DNA from: an uncultured Gemmatimonadaceae bacterium
GTDB taxonomy: Bacteria > Gemmatimonadota > Gemmatimonadetes > Gemmatimonadales > Gemmatimonadaceae
NCBI GenBank assembly: GCA_963817955.1
Contig: CAWFQK010000002.1
Span: 160,001 to 224,000, forward strand
DNA: 64,000 nucleotides
Direction of reading: 5' to 3'
The position numbers and the translations under genes are program-made. Positions 49,787-60,759 of this stretch are shown here, piece by piece; position 1 is the first letter of the stretch; each line of letters opens with the position of its first letter. The notes under the pieces were generated by a model, which saw only the letters and a program-made list of their open reading frames with translations, searched no databases and was not told where the DNA came from.

Positions 49787-52700
49787 CACACCCCGATCGT
49801 TCCGGCCGCGAGCTACCTCCGGTGGGAAGCGAACAGGGCCGGCATGGCCCTATTCAGCGTCTCGTCGTAGCTGCCGTAGGTCAACCGATTATCAGTGCGT
49901 TCATCATCGTCGCGATCATCGCCGTCGGCATCTTCTCGCTACGTCGGCTGCCGGTCGACGCGTATCCCGATGTCTCGTCGCCGAGCGTGGCCGTCACCAC
50001 CCAATGGTCCGGCCACGCAGCGGAAGAAATCGAGCGCCTGATCTCCGTGCCAATCGAGACGGAACTCAATGGGCTACCCAACTTGGTCGTGATGCGGTCG
50101 ATCTCGTTGTACGGTGTGTCGAGCATCCGCGTCACGTTTACCGACAACACCGACATCTACTTCGCGCGCCAACAAGTGCTCGAGCGGCTGGGCGGAGCGT
50201 CGTTGCCCAGCGGCGTGACGCCCGGATTGGAAGCGCCATTCTCGCCGTCAGGGCTCGTCTATCGCTACGTCCTGCAGAGTCCCGACCGGAGTCCCATGGA
50301 GCTGCACGTGCTCCAGGACTGGGTGCTGAGCAAGGCGTATCGGGCCGTGCCGGGCGTGGCCGATGTGGCGCTCCTGGGCGGTCAAACCATGGAATACCAC
50401 GTCGACGTGGACCCGACGCGGCTGGCGGGCGCCGGGCTATCGATTGACGATGTCGCCACGGCACTCGGCGCGAACAACTCCAACGCCGGCGGCGGATTCT
50501 ACTCCGAGGGCGGCCAATTCTTCTACGTCCGCGGACTTGGACGCGTCGTGACGCTCGAAGACATCGGCAACATCGTCATCGCGGTGAAGAACAGCGTTCC
50601 GGTGCTGATCAAGGACGTCGCGACCGTTGGGATCGGCGCCGCCCCGCGGCTCGGCGAGTTCGGCTTCATGAAGCAAGACGACGCCGTCGAAGGCATCGTG
50701 CTCATGCGACGGGGCGAACAGGCGCAGGTTGTCCTCAAGCGCGTCGAGGCGAAGACGCAGGAGCTCAACGACCATGTCCTTCCGAAGGATGTCAAAGTCC
50801 TTCCGTTCTACGATCGGAGCGATCTCGTCAAGCTGACCACGCGCACGGTGGCGGACAACCTGATTCGCGGCATCGTGCTCGTCGTGATCGTGCTGATCTT
50901 CTTCCTGTACGATCTCCGCTCGGGTCTCATCGTCGCCATCACGATCCCGTTATCCCTGCTGATCGCATTCATGTGCCTGGACCTCCGGCACATCCCCGCC
51001 AACCTGCTGTCCATTGGCGCAATCGACTTTGGAATTCTCGTCGACGGCGCCGTGGTCATGGTGGAAAACGTCTACCGGCAACTCGCGCGACGACACGGCA
51101 CGGTGTACCGGGTTCGCGACGTGGTGCTCGATGCCGCGTCCGAGGTCAATCGGCCAATCGTCTACGCCATCGCCGTGATCGTGGCCGGCTTCCTACCGAT
51201 CTACGCGTTGACCGGGCCCTCAGGCAAGCTGTTCACGCCCATGGCCGACACGACGATCTACGCATTGATCGGCGCGCTGTTCCTCACGCTCACCGTGGTC
51301 CCGGTACTCTGCGTGTGGGTGCTGCGGAAGGGCGTCCAGGAGCGCCGGAATCGGCCGTTCGAGTGGATTCGCGACCAGTACGCCACCGGCCTTGATTGGT
51401 GCCTGCGGCACGTGCGCGCCACGATCGGAGCGTCCGTGGTGATCCTCGCCATTTCCATCGGCATCGCGATGTCACTCGGCGGCGAATTCATGCCGAAGCT
51501 CGACGAGGGGGCGATCTGGGTGCGCGCCACCATGCCCTACACGATCTCCTTCGAGGCATCGGCGCAAATCGTGCCGCAGGTGCGTGCCGTATTGATGAGC
51601 TTCCCCGAGGTCACGACGGTAGCGTCGGAGCACGGGCGTGACGACGCCGGCACGGATCCCATCGGGTTCTACAACGCCGAATTCTACGTCGGACTGAAGC
51701 CATACGGTGATTGGAAGGGCCCGTACCACTCAAAGAACGAGCTGATCGACGCCATGCAGAAAAAGCTGGCGGTCTTTCCAGGCATCACCTTCAACTATAC
51801 GCAGCCGGCAGAAGACGCCGTCGACGAGGCTCTCACGGGTCTCAAGAGTTCGCTGGACGTCAAAGTGTTTGGCACGGATCTGGGCCTCCTGGAGCAGAAG
51901 GGACGTCAGATCAAGGCCATCATCGAGCGCGTGCCCGGGATCACTCACGTGACGCTCGTTCAGGAGTTGGGCCAGCCCAGCCTCACGGTCTCGGTCGATC
52001 GGGCAAAGCTCGCGCGATACGGTCTCAGTTCGGACGCCGTCAACCAGTTGATCTCGGCGGCCGTTGGTGGAACAGCGGCGACCCAGGTGGTTCAAGGGGA
52101 GCGGACGTTCGATCTCGTGGTGCGCCTGCAAGAGCAGTATCGCGCGAATCCAAACGAGATTGGCAACATTCTCATCGCCACGCCCGACGGCAACCAGGTG
52201 CCACTCCGCGAGGTGGCCGACATCCAGGTCGCGAATGGCGCGTCATTTATTTACCGGCAGGACAACTCGCGATACATCGGCGTGCAGTACTCGGTTGAGG
52301 GACGCGACTTGGCCAGCGCGGTCGACGAAGCGCAAGCCGCGGTCGCCAAGCAAGTCAAGATGCCCACCGGCTACTCGACCCGATGGGGCGGCGAATTCGA
52401 ACAGTACAACGCGTCACACGCGCAGATCGACGTCGTGGTTCCACTCACGGTCATCCTCGTGTTCGGCATCCTGTTCCTCTTGTACAAGAATTTCAAGTTT
52501 CCGCTCATCACCGTGCTTGGGGTCATCCTCTCCGGTCCGATTGGCGGATTGCTGGCCCTCCGCCTCACTGGAACCCCGTTGTCGGTGTCGTCGATGATCG
52601 GATTCCTGGCGCTGTTCGGCGTGTCCGTGCAGACGGCCGTGGTCTACATCTCCTACGCCAACGAGCTGCGCCTGGGAGGACAGAGTATCGTCGACGCGAC

Positions 52701-52926
52701 GCGCGCTGCGGCGTTACTCCGACTCCGGCCGATCATGATGACCGCGCTCGTCGCCGCGCTCGGGTTGTTGCCGGCTGCGTTGGCGACCGGCGTCGGCTCG
52801 AGCACACAGAAGCCGTTCGCGCTGGTCATCGTGGGCGGATTGTTCTCACGGCTCTTGATCAGCGTGTTCCTCATGCCCGTCCTGTACACGATGGCGGCAC
52901 GCGAAGGAGATCATCTGGAGGTGTGA
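49783..52926 (+). CDS. CzcA/CusA-family heavy-metal RND permease (divalent HME type)
   Basis: LPVDAYPDV, ANLLSIGAIDFGILVDGAVVMVEN (DFG type), GKLFTPMA, EFMPKLDEG, RLRPIMMTALVA. Confidence 0.94.
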   Translation: MTHPDRSGRELPPVGSEQGRHGPIQRLVVAAVGQPIISAFIIVAIIAVGIFSLRRLPVDAYPDVSSPSVAVTTQWSGHAAEEIERLISVPIETELNGLPNLVVMRSISLYGVSSIRVTFTDNTDIYFARQQVLERLGGASLPSGVTPGLEAPFSPSGLVYRYVLQSPDRSPMELHVLQDWVLSKAYRAVPGVADVALLGGQTMEYHVDVDPTRLAGAGLSIDDVATALGANNSNAGGGFYSEGGQFFYVRGLGRVVTLEDIGNIVIAVKNSVPVLIKDVATVGIGAAPRLGEFGFMKQDDAVEGIVLMRRGEQAQVVLKRVEAKTQELNDHVLPKDVKVLPFYDRSDLVKLTTRTVADNLIRGIVLVVIVLIFFLYDLRSGLIVAITIPLSLLIAFMCLDLRHIPANLLSIGAIDFGILVDGAVVMVENVYRQLARRHGTVYRVRDVVLDAASEVNRPIVYAIAVIVAGFLPIYALTGPSGKLFTPMADTTIYALIGALFLTLTVVPVLCVWVLRKGVQERRNRPFEWIRDQYATGLDWCLRHVRATIGASVVILAISIGIAMSLGGEFMPKLDEGAIWVRATMPYTISFEASAQIVPQVRAVLMSFPEVTTVASEHGRDDAGTDPIGFYNAEFYVGLKPYGDWKGPYHSKNELIDAMQKKLAVFPGITFNYTQPAEDAVDEALTGLKSSLDVKVFGTDLGLLEQKGRQIKAIIERVPGITHVTLVQELGQPSLTVSVDRAKLARYGLSSDAVNQLISAAVGGTAATQVVQGERTFDLVVRLQEQYRANPNEIGNILIATPDGNQVPLREVADIQVANGASFIYRQDNSRYIGVQYSVEGRDLASAVDEAQAAVAKQVKMPTGYSTRWGGEFEQYNASHAQIDVVVPLTVILVFGILFLLYKNFKFPLITVLGVILSGPIGGLLALRLTGTPLSVSSMIGFLALFGVSVQTAVVYISYANELRLGGQSIVDATRAAALLRLRPIMMTALVAALGLLPAALATGVGSSTQKPFALVIVGGLFSRLLISVFLMPVLYTMAAREGDHLEV

Positions 52927-52966
52927 GCGCCTTCGCGAGACGCGGCAAGCTCGATAGCTTTCGGCC

Positions 52967-54007
52967 GTGAAGCGGACACCTGGCGTGATCAACAACGAAA
53001 AGACCGATGATCGAAGGCGGATCGTCGGTCTTTTTGCGTTACTCGTGGTGGCGAATATCGGCGCGTGGGCATGGGCGCTGATCGCCTTTCGCCGCTATCC
53101 ACTGCTGTTGGGCACCGCACTCCTCGCCTATGGTCTGGGGCTGCGCCACGCGATCGACGCCGATCACATTGCCGCGATCGACAACGTCACTCGAAAGCTG
53201 ATGCAGGAGGGCCAACGTCCGATTGCCACCGGCTTCTTCTTCTCGCTCGGGCATTCGACCGTCGTGGTCCTGGCGTCGGTGGCCATCGCCGCCACAGCCA
53301 TGGCGCTCGGTACCCAGCTCGCCGCATGGCACGACGTGGGCGGCATCATCGGGACCAGTGTGTCCGCGCTCTTCCTGCTCGGCATTGCCGTGATGAACCT
53401 GTTCATCCTCGCGTCGGTGTACCGCGCATTCGACCGCGTGAAGGACGGTGGCGAGCTCGGCGACGGTGACCTGGATCTGCTCCTGAGTGGCGGCGGCTTG
53501 CTGGCGCGCATCTTCCGGCCGCTCTTCGGGATGATTCGTCGAAGCTGGCACATGTATCCGCTCGGTCTGCTGTTCGGATTGGGGTTCGACACCGCCACCG
53601 AAATCGGGGTCCTCGGCATCTCGGCGGCAGAGGCGGCAAAGGGCATGTCGATCTGGTCGATCATGGTGTTCCCTGCCCTCTTCACCGTTGGCATGTCGCT
53701 CGTGGACACGGCCGATAGCGTGCTGATGCTCGGCGCGTACGGGTGGGCCTATCGCAAGCCGATTAGAAAACTCTACTACAACTTCACCATCACGTTCATT
53801 TCGGTAGTCGTGGCACTGCTCGTCGGCGGAGTCGAGGCGCTGGGGCTGCTCGGACGCCGATTCGGATTCCAGGGGCCGTTCTGGAGCACCATTGCTGCGC
53901 TGAACGGTAACTTTGGAATCATCGGGTACCTGATCATCGGCATCTTCATCATGAGCTGGGCAGTATCGGCCCTCGTCTATCGCATGAAGACGTGGGATAA
54001 GGCTTAG
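52967..54007 (+). CDS. NiCoT high-affinity Ni/Co permease (HoxN/HupN/NixA family)
   Basis: GLRHAIDADHIAAIDN, FSLGHSTVV, MYPLGLLFGLGFDTATE, LFTVGMSLVDT. Confidence 0.95.
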   Translation: MKRTPGVINNEKTDDRRRIVGLFALLVVANIGAWAWALIAFRRYPLLLGTALLAYGLGLRHAIDADHIAAIDNVTRKLMQEGQRPIATGFFFSLGHSTVVVLASVAIAATAMALGTQLAAWHDVGGIIGTSVSALFLLGIAVMNLFILASVYRAFDRVKDGGELGDGDLDLLLSGGGLLARIFRPLFGMIRRSWHMYPLGLLFGLGFDTATEIGVLGISAAEAAKGMSIWSIMVFPALFTVGMSLVDTADSVLMLGAYGWAYRKPIRKLYYNFTITFISVVVALLVGGVEALGLLGRRFGFQGPFWSTIAALNGNFGIIGYLIIGIFIMSWAVSALVYRMKTWDKA

Positions 54008-54243
54008 TCGGTCCGCCGTCCGCCGCGCCGGCGGTCGTCCCGTCGCCGATCATATCCTTCGCGTCCCCGCAGGGTGCGCCAGAGCGAGAATACGAACAGA
54101 GCCCCTATTATCCAATAAACCGGCGAAATGAGCGGCCGCGTCGCGGGCGCGAACTCTCCCACACTGTAAACGGCAGCTCCCGCGATCGCAAAGAAGACCA
54201 CCACACGAGTCAGTCGGAAGACCTGATGGCGGTTGATGGACAT
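54004..54243 (-). CDS. Small two-TM membrane protein with an Arg/Asp-rich tail
   Basis: 79 aa, two hydrophobic segments, tail EGYDRRRDDRRRGGRRTD. Confidence 0.6.
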   Translation of the reverse strand: MSINRHQVFRLTRVVVFFAIAGAAVYSVGEFAPATRPLISPVYWIIGALFVFSLWRTLRGREGYDRRRDDRRRGGRRTD

Positions 54244-54360
54244 AATGGCGAAGCTGATAGGGTCCAGCCGAGCGAAACGCTCCGGCCTTTGTTCGGGACC
54301 AACCAACCCATCATGGGCGACTGACTTGCGCCTTCTGATCGGCTATTCTTCATCACGGTC

Positions 54361-56674
<2,314 letters not shown>

Positions 56675-56678
<4 letters not shown>

Positions 56679-58303
56679 TGGCGACTCAGACAACGCCGCA
56701 GGAGTACGCAGGTTTTCAGGGCAGGGTTGCGGTTGGAAGCCCAGGGACTGAACCCCCAGGGCGAGGTACACTGGAATCTCCTTGCGCCGGTCCTGATCCA
56801 GGACGCGATCCGCCGGGGTGAGGGCCAACTCGCCGACATGGGCCCCTTCTGTTGCGTGACCGCGCCGCACACCGGCCGTTCGCCGAACGACAAATTCCTC
56901 GTCAAGGAATCGTCGTCTCAGGCGGACGTGGACTGGGGCAAGGTCAACCAGCCGATCTCGGACGAAAAGTTCGAGCTGCTACTCGCCGACGTTCGCGAGT
57001 ACCTCGACACGCGCAACGAGCTGTTCGTGGAGGACCTCTACTGCGGTGCCGATCCGGCGTATCGTCTGTCGGTGCGCTATGTCTCGCCGAACGCGTGGCA
57101 GATGGCGTTCGTGCGCAACATGTTCATCCGTCCGGATGCACACCGAGTTGCCGACGTTTGATCCGAACTTCACGGTGCTGCACGTACCGGAGTTCGAAGC
57201 CACTCCGTCGAAACATGGCACGCGCACAGGCACGTTCATCGTGCTCAGTCTCGCCAAGCGCATGATTCTCATCGGCGGCACGCGGTACGCCGGCGAGTTG
57301 AAGAAGGCGATGTTCACGGTCATGAACTACTACATGCCGAAGACCGGCGTGCTGTCCATGCACTGCTCGGCGAATATCGGCCCCGCCGGCGATACGGCAC
57401 TCTTTTTCGGCCTGTCGGGCACGGGCAAGACGACGCTCTCGGCCGATCCCAAGCGTTCGCTCATCGGCGACGACGAGCATGGGTGGTCGCCGGAAGGCGT
57501 GTTCAACTTCGAAGGCGGATGCTACGCGAAGGTGATCAACCTGTCGCCCGAAGGTGAGCCCGACATCTATCGCACGACACAGATGTTCGGCACGATCCTG
57601 GAAAACGTCGTGCTCGACCCGACCACACGCAAGGTGAAGTTCGAGGATCAATCGATCACCGAGAACACGCGTGCGTCGTACCCGCTCAACTACATCCCGC
57701 ACCATGTGCCGATCGGGACGCGGCGGGCATCCGAAGAACATCGTATTCCTCACCGCCGACGCATTTGGCGTTCTGCCACCGATCGCCAAGCTCACGCGCG
57801 AACAAGCGATGTACTACTTCCTCTCGGGCTACACCGCCAAGGTGGCAGGCACCGAGCGGGGCGTGAAGGAGCCGCAGGCGACGTTCTCCTCTTGCTTCGG
57901 CGCCGTGTTCCTGGTGTGGCATGCAACGAAGTACGCGGAGATGCTCGGCAAACTGATCGACGAGCATGGCTCGGACGTCTGGCTCGTGAACACCGGTTGG
58001 ACGGGCGGCGCCTTCGGCGTCGGCACGCGGATGCGGTTGGCGTATACCCGGTCCATGGTGAATGCGCTCCTGCGTGGCGATCTCCGTTCGACCAAGTGCG
58101 TCACCGATCCAATCTTCGGGCTGCAGGTGCCAACGAAGATCGTCGACGTTCCACCGGACGTGCTCAACCCGCGCCACACGTGGGCGGACAAGGATGCGTA
58201 CGACACACAAGCCAAGAAGCTCGCGTCGATGTTCCGTGACAATTTCGCGAACTTCGAGAGCCACGTGCCGGAGAGCGTCAAGCTGGCCGGCCCGAAGGGT
58301 TGA
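56675..58303 (+). CDS. pckA: Phosphoenolpyruvate carboxykinase (ATP) (apparent indels)
   Basis: [78 protein letters not shown]. Confidence 0.95.
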
Positions 58304-58344
58304 CGAGACACGAGACACGAGACACGAGACACGAGACACGAGAC
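58303..58344. repeat. Perfect heptamer tandem repeat (ACGAGAC)x6
   Basis: Six exact copies starting at the last base of the pckA stop codon. Confidence 0.95.
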
Positions 58345-58353
58345 GATGCGAAG

Positions 58354-58387
58354 AAGGCCGGAGCGAGGATGTCGCTCCGGCCTTTTT
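58354..58387 (+). terminator. Intrinsic terminator after pckA
   Basis: AAGGCCGGAGCGA-GGATG-TCGCTCCGGCCTT followed by TTT. Confidence 0.85.
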
Positions 58388-58415
58388 CGCGCCATGCGTG
58401 CCTTTGCGCCGCTGT

Positions 58416-58594
58416 TAATGACCTTCGCGAAGGTTCGCTGACACGGGACACGCAACGCACAACTCACAACTGGCAACTCGAACCTCGCCGACCGGCGGGC
58501 CGACCGCTACGGAGCAGCCAGCGACATCCGGCCGGTCAACACCCGGAGTCCAATCCGCGCTGCACCGGCCGGCGAGAGTAGGGAAGGTCGCTAG
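58416..58594. repeat. Dispersed intergenic element, copy B (MITE/REP-like)
   Basis: Begins TAATGACCTTCGCGAAGGT and ends GAAGGTCGCTAG (imperfect terminal inverted repeat); contains the core shared with 7992-8051. Confidence 0.75.
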
Positions 58595-59337
58595 CCCGTC
58601 GGAATCGACTGCCTCACCGCTTGGCGCTCGGCGACACGAACTGGCTCGATGGCGCCCGCGCCGAGTGCGAGGATCGGCGCTGCCTCGTTCAGTTGCTGCG
58701 GTTGGTTCGTCCCGGGATGCGCTGACTGCGGCGGGCGCTCGGCGAAGACCTTGGTCACGAAACGCTGGCCTTCGGCGATACGCTCGATTTCAATCGCGAT
58801 GGCGTCTACCGCATGCTCCAGGCGCTCCAGCCGTTGTGGCGTTTCGTCCGACGGAGCCGGCGCAACCTTCGGCGCGCCACGCCAGATACGCCGCGCATAC
58901 GCAATGGCAATCGGCAGCACTACGCAGATGATGACCGTGAACATCATGCCAACGACCATGTCCGGATCAACTTGTCGGGACCGAGGCATCGGGGGTGGCA
59001 TGAGCTGGCCGGCCGGTCCGATCTGACTCACCGGAATGTTCTGGCGAAAGCCGACCTGCGCCTTGGCATTCGACAGGCTCATCTCGGTCTGCAGGATCTG
59101 ATTGTCCAGATTGACCTTCTGGAGCTCGAGCCCCGACCGAACCACGCTGCCTTTCTGGGAAACATTGATCTGCCGCTGCAGGACCCTTCGCTGGGCCACG
59201 AGCCCGGCAAGTTGCTGCGAGAGGTCCGCCACTTGGGCCTGCAGCGCTTCGGTCGGCAGCGTGCCAGCAGGCCCCGGCGAGGGTAGCTGGGCCTTGGGAG
59301 GCGCGGGCAACGTCGGTGATTGCTGGGGATTCGGCAT
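58591..59337 (-). CDS. Hypothetical coiled coil / single TM / coiled coil membrane protein
   Basis: N-terminal coiled coil, TM VVGMMFTVIICVVLPIAIAY, then RLERLEHAVDAIAIEIERIAEGQRFVTKVF. Confidence 0.75.
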   Translation of the reverse strand: MPNPQQSPTLPAPPKAQLPSPGPAGTLPTEALQAQVADLSQQLAGLVAQRRVLQRQINVSQKGSVVRSGLELQKVNLDNQILQTEMSLSNAKAQVGFRQNIPVSQIGPAGQLMPPPMPRSRQVDPDMVVGMMFTVIICVVLPIAIAYARRIWRGAPKVAPAPSDETPQRLERLEHAVDAIAIEIERIAEGQRFVTKVFAERPPQSAHPGTNQPQQLNEAAPILALGAGAIEPVRVAERQAVRQSIPTG

Positions 59338-59427
59338 GAGTCACCTTACGCATTCGGGAGGGGGGAGGTTTCTTGGCGCTGACAGCCGTTCACGCGTTTC
59401 CGGCCACTGGCAGCTAACATTCGGCCC

Positions 59428-60705
59428 ATGTCCGTTGAAATAGTCAGGGACCCGCTCTGGAACAACATACGCCTCGATCCGCTCAGTTTCGAGCTGATCG
59501 ATACACCGGCGTTTCAGCGTCTGCGCTACGTGCGCCAGCTGGGGCTGGCGTTTCTCGTGTATCCGGGCGCTACGCATTCACGGTTCGAGCACGCCCTCGG
59601 AACGTATCACCTGGCTCGGCGGGCTCTCTCGCTGTTCGAGGAACATGAGGACTTCACCTCGATCGGCCGCGATGAATGCATGATCGTCCGCATCGCCGCC
59701 CTGCTGCACGACGTCGGGCACTACCCGTTCTCGCACGCGCTGGAAGAGATCGGCGCACAGCACCATGAAGACGTGGCGCGGCCGCTCATCTGCGGAGGCG
59801 AAGTGGCAACCATCCTGCGCCGCGAGCTGGGCGCCACGGCGCCGGAACGGATCGTCGCGCTCATCCGCGGCGAGAGCGACAGTCCGCTTCAGGGGCTGAT
59901 CTCCGGGTCGATCGACCTCGACAAGCTCGACTATTTGCGACGCGACGCATTCATGTGCGGCGTGAGCTACGGCGAGATCGACGTCGACCGACTGATGAAT
60001 GCCCTCACGCTGGTGCGCGACCCGGAGACTGGGCGCCTCGAAGTGGGTATGGTGGAAAAAGGGCTCTCGGCCCTCGAGTCGTTGTTGTTCGCCAAGTATC
60101 AGATGTATCGCAACGTGTACTGGCATCACGCCGTGCGCAGCGCGACGGCGATGTACAAACGGCTGGTGGCGGACGCCCTCGACGCCGGCGCGCTCGATGT
60201 ACAGGCCCTGGCGGCCTTCACCGACGAAGGCATCCTCGCCACACTCGGCCAACGATCGCCCACGGCCATGCTTCATGCACTCCGCGAACGGCGGTTGTAC
60301 AAACGGGCCTTCGAATGTCCGGCTGCGCTGCTCGCGCCCGACGCCGCGGAGTGGATTGCGGACGACCGGCCGCTGACGGTGGCGGTGGAGAACGCGCTCG
60401 CCACGGAGATCGGACTCGCACCGGGCGACGTGCTGCTCGACTATCCGACCAAGACGCAGATGCTCGGACTCGACCTGCTCGTGCAGCGGCCCTATGGCGA
60501 AGTGCGGCGACTGACCGCAGCGGGCTGGGAAGGCGCCATCAACCTGCCGAAGCTGTCGGAAGAGTTCTACCGGTCAGCGCGCTGGTTGCGCATGTACGCC
60601 ACGCCGAGAGTGGCCGTGGATCCAGCAAAAGTCATCCGGCTGGCGAGTCGGAGCGTGGACGACGTGAGAGACCGGCTCGCGACCGGGAAAGCACTGCTGG
60701 TATAG
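59428..60705 (+). CDS. HD-domain phosphohydrolase (SAMHD1/YwfO-like dNTPase family)
   Basis: FQRLRYVRQLG...YPGATHSRFEHALG, LLHDVGHYPFSH, DLDKLDYLRRD, VYWHH. Confidence 0.92.
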   Translation: MSVEIVRDPLWNNIRLDPLSFELIDTPAFQRLRYVRQLGLAFLVYPGATHSRFEHALGTYHLARRALSLFEEHEDFTSIGRDECMIVRIAALLHDVGHYPFSHALEEIGAQHHEDVARPLICGGEVATILRRELGATAPERIVALIRGESDSPLQGLISGSIDLDKLDYLRRDAFMCGVSYGEIDVDRLMNALTLVRDPETGRLEVGMVEKGLSALESLLFAKYQMYRNVYWHHAVRSATAMYKRLVADALDAGALDVQALAAFTDEGILATLGQRSPTAMLHALRERRLYKRAFECPAALLAPDAAEWIADDRPLTVAVENALATEIGLAPGDVLLDYPTKTQMLGLDLLVQRPYGEVRRLTAAGWEGAINLPKLSEEFYRSARWLRMYATPRVAVDPAKVIRLASRSVDDVRDRLATGKALLV

Positions 60706-60759
60706 CGTGCCACGGCCGGCGAAACGATTCGGGATCGTCGCGCCGGCCGCAGCCCTGCC

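Noticed and set aside
52927..52966. Cobalamin or NiCo riboswitch ahead of the NiCoT gene
   Set aside because: The gap is only 40 nt, too short, and no B12-box-like sequence is visible.
58303..58344. Repeat array as a possible CRISPR
   Set aside because: 7-bp units with no spacers, and no cas genes in the window.
59428..60705. SAMHD1-like HD protein as an anti-phage dNTPase
   Set aside because: Housekeeping context with no defence or mobility genes nearby; this family is widespread in nucleotide metabolism.
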